Of a DNA stretch of 64,000 nt, positions 19,975 to 30,695 are shown one piece after another (the stretch's first letter is position 1; the number at the start of each line of letters is the position of its first letter). The notes under the pieces were generated by a model, which did not search any database, had not been told where the DNA came from, and saw only the letters and a list, made by a program, of their open reading frames with translations. A program made the position numbers and the translations under genes. The DNA lies in the NCBI GenBank assembly GCA_963793305.1, contig CAWBZV010000012.1:64001-128000 (forward strand). Direction: 5' to 3'. The stretch is from an uncultured Gemmatimonadales bacterium. GTDB lineage: Bacteria > Gemmatimonadota > Gemmatimonadetes > Gemmatimonadales > Gemmatimonadaceae.

Positions 19975-20387
19975 TTCGTGCGGGTCGCTTCGAGCTTCCC
20001 CTTCGCGACGCCACCCGACGCGTAGTGGGCCTCGAACCATCCGGTCCCTTTGTCGCCCTGGTAGTGCAAGACGCTACGGAGGAGCGTCACCGTTTGACCC
20101 GGGCGCAGCGAGCTGGGAAACGGACCGGCTTCCGTGACGATGCTGTCTCCGCCAACCGCGACGACCCGAAGGGCGACGGGGTTCGGTTGGCTGGGACTCT
20201 TCATGATCCATTTGTCCTTATCGGCCGACGCCACAATCACGTTGATCAGCGCGATGCTGTCCTTTGGACCGACCAGAATCTTCGTGTTCCACTTCCCCGC
20301 GACTGAGGCAAGCGTGACGGTCTGGGCACTGGCGGGGACCGCGCAGAGCGCGATCAGGGCGGCGGACAGCAAAACGGCTCGGCGCAT
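19971..20387 (-). CDS. Hypothetical secreted protein
   Basis: Signal peptide ending ASA-Q; GAGGAA RBS; ATGA-coupled to the DUF1801 gene. Confidence 0.75.
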   Translation of the reverse strand: MRRAVLLSAALIALCAVPASAQTVTLASVAGKWNTKILVGPKDSIALINVIVASADKDKWIMKSPSQPNPVALRVVAVGGDSIVTEAGPFPSSLRPGQTVTLLRSVLHYQGDKGTGWFEAHYASGGVAKGKLEATRTK

Positions 20388-20471
20388 AGGACGTTCCTCG
20401 AGAGATAGAGACTTGCCCGATGTGGCGCCAACGTATCCATTCTTGGCCTCGCGGGCAAGCTCGCATACATG

Positions 20472-22214
20472 TCACGGCACGACCTGTACCTCGAGGTAAC
20501 TCGGCTCCGCGCGATCCACCCAGATCCGCTCAGTCGCCTTGATGAAATCTGACGAGTCGGCCTCATAGATATTCGGCACGTATTTCTGCGGGTTCCGATC
20601 GAACGCCGGAAACCAGGAGCTCTGCACCTGGACCATGATGCGATGCCCGGGACGGAACGTGTGCAGCACGTCCTGGAGCTGGAACGCCACTGGCGTGATC
20701 GCGTCCGGCCGCATGGGCTCGGGCTCGGCGAACGACTGCCGAAATCGCGCGCGCATGATCTCACCGCGCACGAGTGGCGCGTACCCGGCGTTGACCGAGT
20801 CCGTCTGCGGGTAGACGTCGATGAGCTTGACGACGTAGTCGGCATCCGTGCCCGTCGTGCTGACGTTGAGCCGCGCCCAGATCGCGCCGCCGAACGTGAC
20901 GTCCGCGGTCAGCGGCGCGGTCTCGAACGTCACGACATCAGGACGTGACCGGTAGCACCGCTGATCATCGCTCATGTAGTGGTTGAGCGTCCCGTCCTCG
21001 ATGGTCTGCCCCTTGCATCGGCTCGGCACCGGCTGCGCGGGATCGCTCACGTACGACAGCGACGCCTGTCGCTCCGTGGGCACGGTCGGCGAGAGGGAGC
21101 TGTCGGCGTGAAAATAAAATCGACGCGTGGTCGCCTCACGGGCCGGCCACGACGTGAAGCGCCGCCACTGCTTGCGGCCCGTGTCGAACAGCAAGGCCGC
21201 CGGCAGATCCGTCGTGCCGTCGCCCTTGAGGTACGCCCGAAAATACGGCGCTTCGACATCGCGCTGAAATGCTTCCAGCGAATCGACGTTCGGCACTTCC
21301 CAGCCGTTATGTCGCCACGGGCCCATGACGAGCGTGACTTTCGCCGCCGTGTCTTGCCGCACGAGCGCCTTGTACGTGGCGAGCGTCCCATACAAGTTCT
21401 CGGCGTCGAACCAGCCGCCGGCGATGAGCATCGCGCTGTGGATCCCGGTCAAGTCGGGCGGAACGGCGCGCGACTGCCAGTACGCATCGTAGTTCGGGTG
21501 CGCGACGATGTCCCGCCAGAACGCATTGTCCTTGTAGTACTTCTCGGTCGTGTTCTCGAGCGGGCCGAGCGCGAGTTGGAAGGCGTAGTCGTTCTCCGTG
21601 CCGTCGGTCACGACCGGCCCAGGGCGCGCACCGACGAAGTACGGATAGCCGTAGAAATATCCCTGGGTCAGTGCGCCGTTGTGATGAAAGTCCTCGAAAT
21701 ACGAGTCGGTGGCTGGCGCTTGTGGCGAGGCCATGACGAGCGCGGGATGGTGCGACAGCGCGGCCATGCTCGCCAAGAATCCCGCGTAGCTCGTGCCCCA
21801 CGCGCCGACACGGCCAGTGTTGTGCGGGACGTGCGCGACCAGCCACGCGATCGTGTCGTACGCATCTGTCGCCTCGCTGATCGAGTCGGCGACATAGGGA
21901 CGCATGACCACGAACTTGCCCTCGGACATGTAGCGGCCGCGGATGTCCTGGTAGGCGAAGATGTACTTATCGTGCATCACGTACGCGTTGGGGCCGAGCA
22001 ACTTCGGGTACGCGTCGCCGTACGGAGCGACCGAGAACATGGTCCGTTTGAGAAGGATCGGATACCGGTTCGCGTCCGACGCGTCTTTTGGGATGTACAC
22101 GACCGTGTAGAGCTTGACCCCATCGCGCATGGGCACCCGGTACTCGAATTTCGTGTACTTTCCGCGGGCGCACGCGGTGGACACGAGCAGGATCGCGAGC
22201 CAGCAAGGTCGCAT
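20472..22214 (-). CDS. CocE/NonD family hydrolase (peptidase S15)
   Basis: VPMRDGVKL, QDIRGRYMSEG, WGTSYAG, VQSSWFP; lipobox-like STAC. Confidence 0.93.
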   Translation of the reverse strand: MRPCWLAILLVSTACARGKYTKFEYRVPMRDGVKLYTVVYIPKDASDANRYPILLKRTMFSVAPYGDAYPKLLGPNAYVMHDKYIFAYQDIRGRYMSEGKFVVMRPYVADSISEATDAYDTIAWLVAHVPHNTGRVGAWGTSYAGFLASMAALSHHPALVMASPQAPATDSYFEDFHHNGALTQGYFYGYPYFVGARPGPVVTDGTENDYAFQLALGPLENTTEKYYKDNAFWRDIVAHPNYDAYWQSRAVPPDLTGIHSAMLIAGGWFDAENLYGTLATYKALVRQDTAAKVTLVMGPWRHNGWEVPNVDSLEAFQRDVEAPYFRAYLKGDGTTDLPAALLFDTGRKQWRRFTSWPAREATTRRFYFHADSSLSPTVPTERQASLSYVSDPAQPVPSRCKGQTIEDGTLNHYMSDDQRCYRSRPDVVTFETAPLTADVTFGGAIWARLNVSTTGTDADYVVKLIDVYPQTDSVNAGYAPLVRGEIMRARFRQSFAEPEPMRPDAITPVAFQLQDVLHTFRPGHRIMVQVQSSWFPAFDRNPQKYVPNIYEADSSDFIKATERIWVDRAEPSYLEVQVVP

Positions 22215-22216
22215 AG

Positions 22217-22582
22217 CTAGCGCGGGTTCCGACCCCGGTTGGAAATAGATATCGAATTGCCGGCGGGATCCCTGGCGTTGGCGAACTGAATGCCGCGTAC
22301 GTCGTGAACGACCCCGAATTTCAGACCTTGGGCCGCTCGCTCGGCCTTGAACGCGTGGATGTCGTCGACGCCGAACACCAGCTTGATCTCTGAGCCGCGC
22401 TTTTGCCCTTTGCTCGCCTGGTGTAGCGCGAGCGTACATCCGCCCGAAGGCGATGCGAGCTCGAGCCAACCTGGCTCGTCACTCGCCATCGGCATGAATC
22501 CGAAGTGCGTCTGATAAAATGCCGCGACCTTTGGGATGTCGCGCACGTACAGGATGATGCGTGACAGCGGTGGAGGCGCCAT
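22217..22582 (-). CDS. VOC/glyoxalase family protein
   Basis: IILYVRD, FYQTHFG, RDPAGN. Confidence 0.88.
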   Translation of the reverse strand: MAPPPLSRIILYVRDIPKVAAFYQTHFGFMPMASDEPGWLELASPSGGCTLALHQASKGQKRGSEIKLVFGVDDIHAFKAERAAQGLKFGVVHDVRGIQFANARDPAGNSISISNRGRNPR

Positions 22583-22603
22583 GCCGGAATCTATAGCGCC
22601 ATG

Positions 22604-22882
22604 CTATCGCGCGTTCACCTCCAAAGCCTGGTCGCCGCCCTTGGTCGTTAACACAGGGCTGGCATTCACAAGGCTTTCGCCGTATTCCCGGAGCGCTCGC
22701 CCGTCGGCGATCACCGCGCTCATGTCGCGACTGAGTCGATCCAAGAGCTCGGCAAGATCGGGCCGGCTGTTCAGCGCCAATGCTGCCTTTCGCATCTCCC
22801 AGCGAAAGAGTAGCCAGGGGCTTAGCAGCATAGCATAGAGGACACAACCTATGATTATCACCACTCCATAACGCTCCATCAT
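22604..22882 (-). CDS. Hypothetical membrane-anchored protein
   Basis: N-terminal TM helix followed by an amphipathic helix; ATGA overlap with the upstream gene. Confidence 0.55.
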   Translation of the reverse strand: MMERYGVVIIIGCVLYAMLLSPWLLFRWEMRKAALALNSRPDLAELLDRLSRDMSAVIADGRALREYGESLVNASPVLTTKGGDQALEVNAR

Positions 22883-23325
22883 TTGACCCCCTCCGCACGA
22901 CTGACAAAGGTTATCGCCATGAGCACCGCACTACACAGCACGCTGAGACCAAAGAATACGAGCGAAATTTTGGGAACGAGCGACCTTCGCCCGATCGCGC
23001 CTGCGTGAATGGTGCCGTACGTCAGCGTGTCGATGACAACCCAGACAAGGCAGGCTACGGCAAAGAGCGCTTCCATGCGCGGCCACGTGGACTGCCTGCC
23101 AACGCGTTCACCGAGCGCGCTAGCGCTGATAGAGCAGGCGATCAACAACAGCTCGCCGTCGCCAATGGTCGAGCCGAGAATGCGCCACACGTTCGCCGAG
23201 CGCGGCGTGTGTAGGTACGCCAATATAACGTGAACAATCAGCGGCAAAAGGCTGACTAGTACACCGTACAACAGCCACCGCGTGAGATTGTCGCCGACCA
23301 ATGCGCGCCGACTGACAGGAGCCAT
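22879..23325 (-). CDS. Hypothetical 4-TM membrane protein
   Basis: Four hydrophobic segments, including GELLLIACSISASALGE. Confidence 0.7.
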   Translation of the reverse strand: MAPVSRRALVGDNLTRWLLYGVLVSLLPLIVHVILAYLHTPRSANVWRILGSTIGDGELLLIACSISASALGERVGRQSTWPRMEALFAVACLVWVVIDTLTYGTIHAGAIGRRSLVPKISLVFFGLSVLCSAVLMAITFVSRAEGVK

Positions 23326-23455
23326 GTCACGAGTCTAAGCCGCAGCGTCAGTCGATCGTCAGCTTCGCCCCCTCGAGCATCGCACCGGTTTTTGACCGCG
23401 ATGGCGAATGGTCACCAGCGGCCAGCGCAACGAGTATAGGGCGCGTAATTTGAAG

Positions 23456-23980
23456 ATGATCCGACGCTGCACGGATGGCGACCTCGCCACGATCGAGTCG
23501 ATTATCAACGAAGCCGCCGACGTGTACCGCGGCGTGATTCCGCTCGACTGCTGGCACGACCCCTATATGCCGCGCGACGAGCTCGTGGCCGAGGTCGCGG
23601 CGGGGGTTGAGTTCTGGGGGTGGGACGAGGCGGGCGCGCTCGTCGGCGTCATGGGGCTGCAGCGCGTGCGGGACGCCACGCTCATCCGTCACGCCTATGT
23701 GCGGCGCTCGCACCAGAGTCGCGGCATCGGACGACAGCTCCTCGATACGCTCGCAACGCGCGCATCCGGACAGCTACTGGTCGGAACGTGGGCGGCCGCC
23801 ACCTGGGCAATTCGATTTTATGAGCGCCACGGATTTCGGCTCGTCTCGGCCGTGGAGAAGGATCGGCTGCTCGATACGTACTGGACTATCTCGGCGCGCC
23901 AGCGGGATACGTCAGTTGTGCTCGAGCGTCGAGTACGCGATCCCGTCCGGCCAGGCGCCGACGGGGAGAGTCAAGAGTAA
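23456..23980 (+). CDS. GNAT N-acetyltransferase
   Basis: LIRHAYV, QSRGIG, WAIRFYERHGF. Confidence 0.9.
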   Translation: MIRRCTDGDLATIESIINEAADVYRGVIPLDCWHDPYMPRDELVAEVAAGVEFWGWDEAGALVGVMGLQRVRDATLIRHAYVRRSHQSRGIGRQLLDTLATRASGQLLVGTWAAATWAIRFYERHGFRLVSAVEKDRLLDTYWTISARQRDTSVVLERRVRDPVRPGADGESQE

Positions 23981-24907
23981 CGTCCGGGTCGCAACGTCGA
24001 CCGCCGCCACGGCATTGCGACCCTGCAGCGTGACGAACACGGTCCGACCGTCAGGCGCCATGCTCAACCCTTCGGGACAGGGCGACTTCGGAAACTCGGC
24101 CGTCGCAACGACATCGGTCGCCGGAATCGCCACGCGCCCGATCTCGGTATGCGTGCCAACGTCCATGAAGCGGAGCTCACCGCGACCGGGATCGCTTACC
24201 ACCGCCGTGCGGCCATCAGGCGTGATGGCGATCCGATAGGGGAACCCGAAGTCCGGTACTGTCGTCGTGACAGTCCCCGATGACGTCGGGACAACGCTCA
24301 CGGTCTTGACGCTGTCGCTCCCGACCCAGACCTCGGCCCCGTTCGGCGTGACGCCAATGCCCTCGACGAGCGGCGCGACATTGAATGAGCGCACGAACGC
24401 GCGAGCGGTGATGTCGAGCTCGGACACGGTCCCGTCGGCGACGTTGCTCGTGTACGCGTGCCGGCCGTCGGCCGTGAGCGCGACCATGTGCGTCGCGCGA
24501 CCGTGCGTCGGGATCGACGCGTCGACCGTGCCACGCGGCACGTTGACGACCATCACGGCCTGCGCCGTCTGCACCGTCACTAACAGCGTCGTGTCGCCCG
24601 GCAGAAACGCCGAGCCATGCGGCCGCTTGTTGTCGGCGCCGAGGTCGATCGTGCGGACGACCACCGGGACACGCGGCGCCAGGTCGATCACCGTCAGCGT
24701 GTGACCCGGCGACTGCTGTGGGCCATAGTTCGAGACGACCGCCCAACGTCCATTGTGCGAGATCGCCACCTCGTGCGGCCCCGCACCCGTCGGCAACGTG
24801 GCGATCGTGCGGTGCGTCGCGAGATCAATGATCGTGGCCGTGTTGTCGTTCATGTTGGCGACCACGACCATCCCATGGAGCGTCGCCGCGAGCAGCGCAA
24901 TCATCAT
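23912..24907 (-). CDS. Secreted YncE/YVTN beta-propeller protein
   Basis: Repeated PHEVAISHNG / PYRIAITPDG / PEGLSMAPDG blades. Confidence 0.88.
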   Translation of the reverse strand: MMIALLAATLHGMVVVANMNDNTATIIDLATHRTIATLPTGAGPHEVAISHNGRWAVVSNYGPQQSPGHTLTVIDLAPRVPVVVRTIDLGADNKRPHGSAFLPGDTTLLVTVQTAQAVMVVNVPRGTVDASIPTHGRATHMVALTADGRHAYTSNVADGTVSELDITARAFVRSFNVAPLVEGIGVTPNGAEVWVGSDSVKTVSVVPTSSGTVTTTVPDFGFPYRIAITPDGRTAVVSDPGRGELRFMDVGTHTEIGRVAIPATDVVATAEFPKSPCPEGLSMAPDGRTVFVTLQGRNAVAAVDVATRTLLLTLPVGAWPDGIAYSTLEHN

Positions 24908-25287
24908 GGGAGCACCACTGGCTTGCCGTGCGGGGTATGCCGATACGCATCAGCCCAAGCGTGTTTGCGATCGAGCAACGCCGCGACATCGGTCAGACCT
25001 TTGGCGGTCGCCAAGCGCTCGAGCGTGGCGAGCCAGTGCTCGTAGTAGTGCGTGCCATCGTCACCCTTCCCTTTCAACGCCGCTCCGCGGCGCGTCGATG
25101 CATCGCTTTCAGCGCTGCTCGACTGGTCGGTCGGACCGAGATCGGCTGCGCCGATCTCCTCGGCCAGCGCTGCGGACCACTCGGGCCAGGTAAAATATCC
25201 GCGCTCGGAGAGCGCGAGGGCCATCGCGAACGCCTGGGCGTGCCAGGGTTCGGCGAATACCTGCTCAGGTGGATTCGAGGTAGTCAT
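24904..25287 (-). CDS. Nitrile hydratase accessory protein (P14K type)
   Basis: VFAEPWHAQAFA, FTWPEW, YYEHWL, TPHGKP. Confidence 0.92.
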   Translation of the reverse strand: MTTSNPPEQVFAEPWHAQAFAMALALSERGYFTWPEWSAALAEEIGAADLGPTDQSSSAESDASTRRGAALKGKGDDGTHYYEHWLATLERLATAKGLTDVAALLDRKHAWADAYRHTPHGKPVVLP

Positions 25288-25924
25288 CCCAGAGATCAAT
25301 GTAGAGGGAATCGTTCGGCGAGACCTGGTCGCCCCATACATCTCGCGCGGCGAAGCGCACAGAGTAGACGTGCTGCGGCTTCTCGCCGAGAAAATGGGCG
25401 TTCGTGTCTGGAAAAACGAAGACGCCATGGTCGCGGTCGATCACACCGGTTCGGCCACGCACGTACCGTGGCAATCGGGTATGGCCGACCGGGTTGATGG
25501 TGCGGGCACGCACGCGCTGCCCCACTTGGAACCGCGGCGACACGGGTACAGCGCGGCTTGTGGGAGCGCCCTTGGCTATGAGCGACGCGGCCTTCGCGGG
25601 GGTAAGCGCAGGCGTTGCCTTCGCCGCGCCCGACGCGGGCAACCCGCGCTCGATCTCGGCGCGGGTCACCAGCCCGACCTGCACCATGAGCTCGAGGAAC
25701 GCGACGAATTGACGTGCGTAGTAGCTCAGCTCCAGATACTCGGCGGGCGGTACGAGCTCGACGGAGTGGCGCGTGGCATCAATGTTCCACTTGCCCCACG
25801 CACCCATCGCCCGGCGCAGCGCGAACACGCGCGCCTCCCACGCCTCGTGGAACACAGGCTCGTTCGGCTCAATAACCACGGGCCCCATGCCATGCATGCC
25901 GCCCATGTCGTGCACACCGTTCAT
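25265..25924 (-). CDS. nthB: Nitrile hydratase beta subunit
   Basis: [31 protein letters not shown]. Confidence 0.97.
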   Translation of the reverse strand: MNGVHDMGGMHGMGPVVIEPNEPVFHEAWEARVFALRRAMGAWGKWNIDATRHSVELVPPAEYLELSYYARQFVAFLELMVQVGLVTRAEIERGLPASGAAKATPALTPAKAASLIAKGAPTSRAVPVSPRFQVGQRVRARTINPVGHTRLPRYVRGRTGVIDRDHGVFVFPDTNAHFLGEKPQHVYSVRFAARDVWGDQVSPNDSLYIDLWDDYLEST

Positions 25925-26556
25925 GCCACAACCCTGGCGACGCCGACCATGGAGTCTCGTGTCACGAGCTCGGCCAACGCCTCTTCGCTCATGCCGTCTG
26001 TACCAGCCGGCCGCTCCGGCAGCACGAGATACCGGATCTCGGCCGTGCTATCCCACACACGAACCTCAACGTCCGGACTGACCTCGAAGCCCAGGTCCTT
26101 GAGCAGCCCACGCGGATCGATCACCGCGCGCGCGCGATACGGCGCCGACTTGTACCAGACCGGAGGCAGCCCCAAGACCGGCCACGGATAACACGAGCAC
26201 AGCGTGCAGACGACGAGGTTGTGCACACGCGGCGTGTTCTCCACGACAACCATGTGCTCGCCTTGCATCCCGCCAAAGCCGAGCTCACCGATCGCTGAAT
26301 CCGCATCGGCGAGCAGTCGTTGCTTGTAGGCCGAATCCGACCAGGCGCGAGCAACCACGCGCGCCCCGTTGCGCGGGCCGATTTTGTGCTCATAACTATC
26401 GACGAGCACGTCGAGCGCGCGCTGGTCAACCAAGCCCTTCTCGACCAGCAGAGACTCGAGTGATTTGACGCGCAGGGCAAAATCTGACGGGACGGCCTGA
26501 TGATCGTGGTCGTGATCGTGGTGCAACGTGTTGGGTCCCATGCTGCAAGATACCAA
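25921..26556 (-). CDS. nthA: Cobalt-type nitrile hydratase alpha subunit
   Basis: [11 protein letters not shown]; the Thr in CTLCSC indicates the Co type. The real start may be 26541. Confidence 0.97.
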   Translation of the reverse strand: MVSCSMGPNTLHHDHDHDHQAVPSDFALRVKSLESLLVEKGLVDQRALDVLVDSYEHKIGPRNGARVVARAWSDSAYKQRLLADADSAIGELGFGGMQGEHMVVVENTPRVHNLVVCTLCSCYPWPVLGLPPVWYKSAPYRARAVIDPRGLLKDLGFEVSPDVEVRVWDSTAEIRYLVLPERPAGTDGMSEEALAELVTRDSMVGVARVVA

Positions 26557-26567
26557 CTCCAGAGGCT

Positions 26568-27956
26568 ATGACAATCGACACGGATGTTCTGATCGTCGGC
26601 GCCGGACCCGTCGGGCTGTTTCTGGCGAACGAGTGCGCCCGCCGCGGCCTCCGGTCGCGGATCGTCGAAGCCCGGTCCGCGCAGTCGGACCACTCGAAGG
26701 CGCTGGCGATCTTTCCGCGCACGCTCGAGATCTTCGACATGGCGGGCGTCGTGCAACCGTTTCTCGACGCGGCGAATCGCGTCACCTGGGTCGCGGTGGC
26801 GAATCACGAGCGACAGCTGGCGCGATTGCAGTTCACACCGCCGGACACACCCTACTCCTTCGTCGCCATGGTCCCGCAAGACGTGACCGAGCGACTGCTG
26901 GCGGAGGCGCTCACGCGGCGAGGCGGAGTCGTCGAGTACAACACGACGTGTACCGGCGCGGAGCAGCACGACGACCACGTCAGCGTCACCGTCGAGCGAA
27001 ACGGCCAACCCCTCACCATCACCGCGACATTCGTCGTGGGCTGCGACGGTGCGCACAGCACGATCCGCCACGTGCTCAATCTGCCGTTCGAGGGTGGCGC
27101 GTACGACGCCGAGTACATGCTGGCCGACATCGAATCGAATGACACACTCCCCGCGGACGAGATGCAGCTCTGCCCGAGCGCGCTCGGCCCGGTGGCCATA
27201 TTCCCGATGAGCGCCACGCGCCGGCGGGTCGTGGCGATGATGCACAGCGCGCCCAAGGAAGACGCGCCGACCCTCGACACCGTGCGCGAGGTCCTCCAGC
27301 GCTCGCCGGCCGGGTTGGAAGCACGCGCGGTCAATTGGAGCACGTACTTTCGCATCCATCACCGCCAGGTGCAGCAGATGCGGGTCGGACGCATCTTCGT
27401 CGCCGGCGATGCGGCGCACATTCATAGCCCGTTCGGCGGCCAGGGCATGAATACCGGACTGGGGGACGCGTGGAATCTCGCCTGGAAACTCGACTTGGCC
27501 GTGCGCGGTCACGGGAACGAGCACCTGCTCGATAGCTACACGGCCGAACGCCGGCCCGTGATCAAGCAGGTCATCGACCTGACGCACTTCATGACGACCG
27601 CGCTCGGCGCGCCGAGCAAGATCGCGCAAGCCATCCGCGACATGGTCATCCCCGTCGTCTGGCGCTTGCCACCATTTCAACACTTCTTCGTGCGACGGCT
27701 GTCAGGGCTCGGCGTCGCGTCCGGCGGCAAGCGGTACTTCGACGACTCGCTCCGCGGTGGGACCGGGATACAGAGCCGTTTTCTGCTCATGGCTTTCGAT
27801 CCGGCCAATGGATCGACGATCGCCCAGGCGTTTCCGGACATCGTCGAGGTGCGGCCGACGTGGCAGCAGGGCCTCACGCTCGTCCGGCCGGACGGATACG
27901 TCGCGGCCACCGCCATCGACTCCATACGCGACGTCCTGGCGCGGCAGACGACCTAG
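26568..27956 (+). CDS. FAD-dependent monooxygenase
   Basis: GAGPVG, GCDGAHS, GDAAHIHSPFGGQGMNTG. Confidence 0.93.
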   Translation: MTIDTDVLIVGAGPVGLFLANECARRGLRSRIVEARSAQSDHSKALAIFPRTLEIFDMAGVVQPFLDAANRVTWVAVANHERQLARLQFTPPDTPYSFVAMVPQDVTERLLAEALTRRGGVVEYNTTCTGAEQHDDHVSVTVERNGQPLTITATFVVGCDGAHSTIRHVLNLPFEGGAYDAEYMLADIESNDTLPADEMQLCPSALGPVAIFPMSATRRRVVAMMHSAPKEDAPTLDTVREVLQRSPAGLEARAVNWSTYFRIHHRQVQQMRVGRIFVAGDAAHIHSPFGGQGMNTGLGDAWNLAWKLDLAVRGHGNEHLLDSYTAERRPVIKQVIDLTHFMTTALGAPSKIAQAIRDMVIPVVWRLPPFQHFFVRRLSGLGVASGGKRYFDDSLRGGTGIQSRFLLMAFDPANGSTIAQAFPDIVEVRPTWQQGLTLVRPDGYVAATAIDSIRDVLARQTT

Positions 27957-27970
27957 CGTCAAGTTAGCGA

Positions 27971-29281
27971 GTGTCCGACGACGGGCTCGTTCGCTCGTTA
28001 GGCCTCACGGCAATGACGGCGAACGTCGTCAACTGCATCGTCGCATCCGGTATTTTCGTGCTGCCGGCCGCCGTCGCGGCGATTCTCGGACCCGGTTGGC
28101 TCGTCGCCTACGTGATCTGCGCGGTCGCGATCACGCTCGTCTTCCTCTCGCTGGCCGAAGCCGCGAGCCGCGTGTCCGAGACCGGCGGACCCTATCGGTA
28201 CGTCAATGTCGCGTTCGGCCCGTACGCCGGCGTGCTACTCGGCGCCGTCATCTGGTTCAGTGCCGTCGCATCGAGCGCCGCGGTCGTGAACATCTTCGCC
28301 GGGACGCTCGCCGCCGTCGCCCCCGTGCTCGGCACCACCGTGGGGCGCGTCGCGCTGCTCATCGCGACGTACACGGTCTTGGCCGCGATCAATATTCGCG
28401 GCGTGCGCGCGGGCGCACTGGTCGTCGAGGTCGTGACGATCGCGAAAGTCGCACCGCTCGTCTTGCTCGTTGCCGTCGGCCTCTTCGTGCTCCGCGGCCA
28501 ACATGTGCCGGTATCGGGTCACGCTCCGATCGGCACCATCGGACGCGCCACGCTCGAGCTCTTCTTCGCGTTCACCGGCATCGAAGTCGCGCTGACGCCG
28601 GCGGGCGAGGTGTCGAATCCTGCTCGCACCATGCCCCGCGCGGTGCTCCTGGCCTTAGGCGTCGTGACGGCGCTCTACATCGGAGTGCACTACGTCGCCC
28701 AAGGGGTGCTCGGCCCGGGCCTCGCTGCCGATCAAGTCGCGCCGCTCGCCGCGACCGCCGACCACCTCTTCGGCCCACGCGGCAAGGCGCTGATGCTCGC
28801 CGCGGCCGCGCTCTCGACGTTCGCCTACGTCAGTGGCGATATTCTCGCGTCGCCGCGCATCATGTTCGCGTTTGGCCAGGACGGGTACCTGCCAGCGATG
28901 ATGGGCACGGTGCACGCACGCCACCGCACGCCGCACGTCGCGATCATCGCCTATGCCGTCGTCGCCTGCGCGCTTGCCATCTATGGGACATTTCCCGTCA
29001 TGGCCGCGCTGGGGGCGATCTCCGCCGTGATTATCTATCTCGGCAGCTGCCTGGCCCTGCTGGTGCTCCGGCGGCGCGATATACGCACGCACGGGCAGCC
29101 CTTTCTCGTGCCGGGCGGGCCCATCGTTCCCCTGCTCGCCTGCGTCGTGCTGCTCTGGCTGCTCGTCCAAGCGACTCGCGATGAACTGCTCGCGATGGGT
29201 CTCGTGATCGTGACCGCGTCGGTGCTCTATCTAGCTCGCTCGAAACGCAACGTTGCGCGCGGGGGTGAGGCGCTTGAGTAG
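27971..29281 (+). CDS. APC-family amino acid permease
   Basis: About 12 TM helices; SGIFVLP, GGPY, FFAFTGIE. Confidence 0.92.
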   Translation: MSDDGLVRSLGLTAMTANVVNCIVASGIFVLPAAVAAILGPGWLVAYVICAVAITLVFLSLAEAASRVSETGGPYRYVNVAFGPYAGVLLGAVIWFSAVASSAAVVNIFAGTLAAVAPVLGTTVGRVALLIATYTVLAAINIRGVRAGALVVEVVTIAKVAPLVLLVAVGLFVLRGQHVPVSGHAPIGTIGRATLELFFAFTGIEVALTPAGEVSNPARTMPRAVLLALGVVTALYIGVHYVAQGVLGPGLAADQVAPLAATADHLFGPRGKALMLAAAALSTFAYVSGDILASPRIMFAFGQDGYLPAMMGTVHARHRTPHVAIIAYAVVACALAIYGTFPVMAALGAISAVIIYLGSCLALLVLRRRDIRTHGQPFLVPGGPIVPLLACVVLLWLLVQATRDELLAMGLVIVTASVLYLARSKRNVARGGEALE

Positions 29282-30661
29282 AACCTCGATCGCGGCGCGG
29301 CGCACCGTGCCGCGCGGCGGCATGCGCGTCCACGGCTGCTGCGCGTGGGGCTGCTCGGCGAACAACAGGTCACCCGTCTTCGAGACGACCAGGATCTCTT
29401 CGGGGTCCTGCGGGCTCATCATCATCCGAACCACGTAGACGCCGTCCGTCTCGCGGACCTGCGTCTGCCAGATGGTCCACTTGCCGTCGTACGGGCGATA
29501 CACGGCGACCGGATGGGTCAGGTTGTCGTGCGGAATGGTCAGCAGCACCGGCACCAACATCTCTTGGTTCATCGCATCGCTGATCGCCCAGGTCACCGCG
29601 GGCACCGCGATTGTGGTGTCGCGCCCGTCGCGGCGCACGAACAAGGAGTCGCCATGGCGCTCGACGTGGCGCACGGTGCAGCAACGGGACGCGGTATCGG
29701 ACCACACGGCATCGTAGCTGACGGGCCGTCCGCCGGCGAACCGCTCGCTCGCCGTGCGCACCCACCCATCGGGCCGCGCGAGACCCGCATCGATCTCATC
29801 GCCGACGTGCTGCACAGTGTGGAGGAACAACACACCCCGCGCATTTGTCGTGATGCTCGTGTCGCGGCCCGGCATGGCGCGGGCGAGCACGTGGGCGCGC
29901 TCGCTGGTGATCGTTCGATCTTTGAGGTCTAACGTGAGGCCCGCCGGGAGCGTGTCGAGTCCGCCGTTCCCGTTCGGGATCGTCCCCCAGCCGGACAGCC
30001 GCGCGGTCGCGAAGTTGCTCACGATGCGGCCGGCTCCCATATCGAACCAGTGCGTCTCGCGTACGGTGCCGGAGACCTCGAGCCAGAACACGCGCTGCGC
30101 GATCGTCAACGTCGAATCGGCGTGAAACGAGCCGTGCAACTTCATGGTCCCATCGCCGACGATCTCGGCCAGATGTCGACCCTGATTGTCCCAGAAGCGC
30201 TCGACGTGGTACATCTGGTGTGCCTCGACGACGACGCCGCCCGAGTCCAGCGCGCTCGAGTCGGTCCATTGCATGCCAACGGCGAGCGGACGGTTCGGCA
30301 GTGCGATGACATTGTGTTGGAAGCGGTGCGCGCCGGCGACCAACTCGCCCCGGGGCGAGACCGTGAACGTGTCGACCGTATGGCAGCTCGCCGCGCCAAC
30401 GCACAGCTGCTGCTGCGCCACGCGCAGGCCTTCGGCCGCGTCGGTCCACTCTTGCGCGCGCACGAGAAAGGTCTGGCCGGGGATGCGCAGCGTGTCGCGG
30501 CCGCGCACGTAGTAGAGCGAGTGCTCTTGCCAGAATCCGTAGTACAGCGTGTCGGCCGACGACAGATACCGCGTGCCGTTCGGGGCCGGCGCCGTGCCGG
30601 GATGTTGAGGCGCGGATGCGCAACCGCAGAGCACGAGAGTAACCGTGATGGCTCGCCGCAT
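29231..30661 (-). CDS. Hypothetical lipoprotein
   Basis: Lipobox LCGC; beta-rich 476 aa. Confidence 0.7.
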   Translation of the reverse strand: MRRAITVTLVLCGCASAPQHPGTAPAPNGTRYLSSADTLYYGFWQEHSLYYVRGRDTLRIPGQTFLVRAQEWTDAAEGLRVAQQQLCVGAASCHTVDTFTVSPRGELVAGAHRFQHNVIALPNRPLAVGMQWTDSSALDSGGVVVEAHQMYHVERFWDNQGRHLAEIVGDGTMKLHGSFHADSTLTIAQRVFWLEVSGTVRETHWFDMGAGRIVSNFATARLSGWGTIPNGNGGLDTLPAGLTLDLKDRTITSERAHVLARAMPGRDTSITTNARGVLFLHTVQHVGDEIDAGLARPDGWVRTASERFAGGRPVSYDAVWSDTASRCCTVRHVERHGDSLFVRRDGRDTTIAVPAVTWAISDAMNQEMLVPVLLTIPHDNLTHPVAVYRPYDGKWTIWQTQVRETDGVYVVRMMMSPQDPEEILVVSKTGDLLFAEQPHAQQPWTRMPPRGTVRRAAIEVLLKRLTPARNVAFRAS

Positions 30662-30695
30662 ACAGTACAGACGCCCGCGCGCCGCGGGCGGTCAC

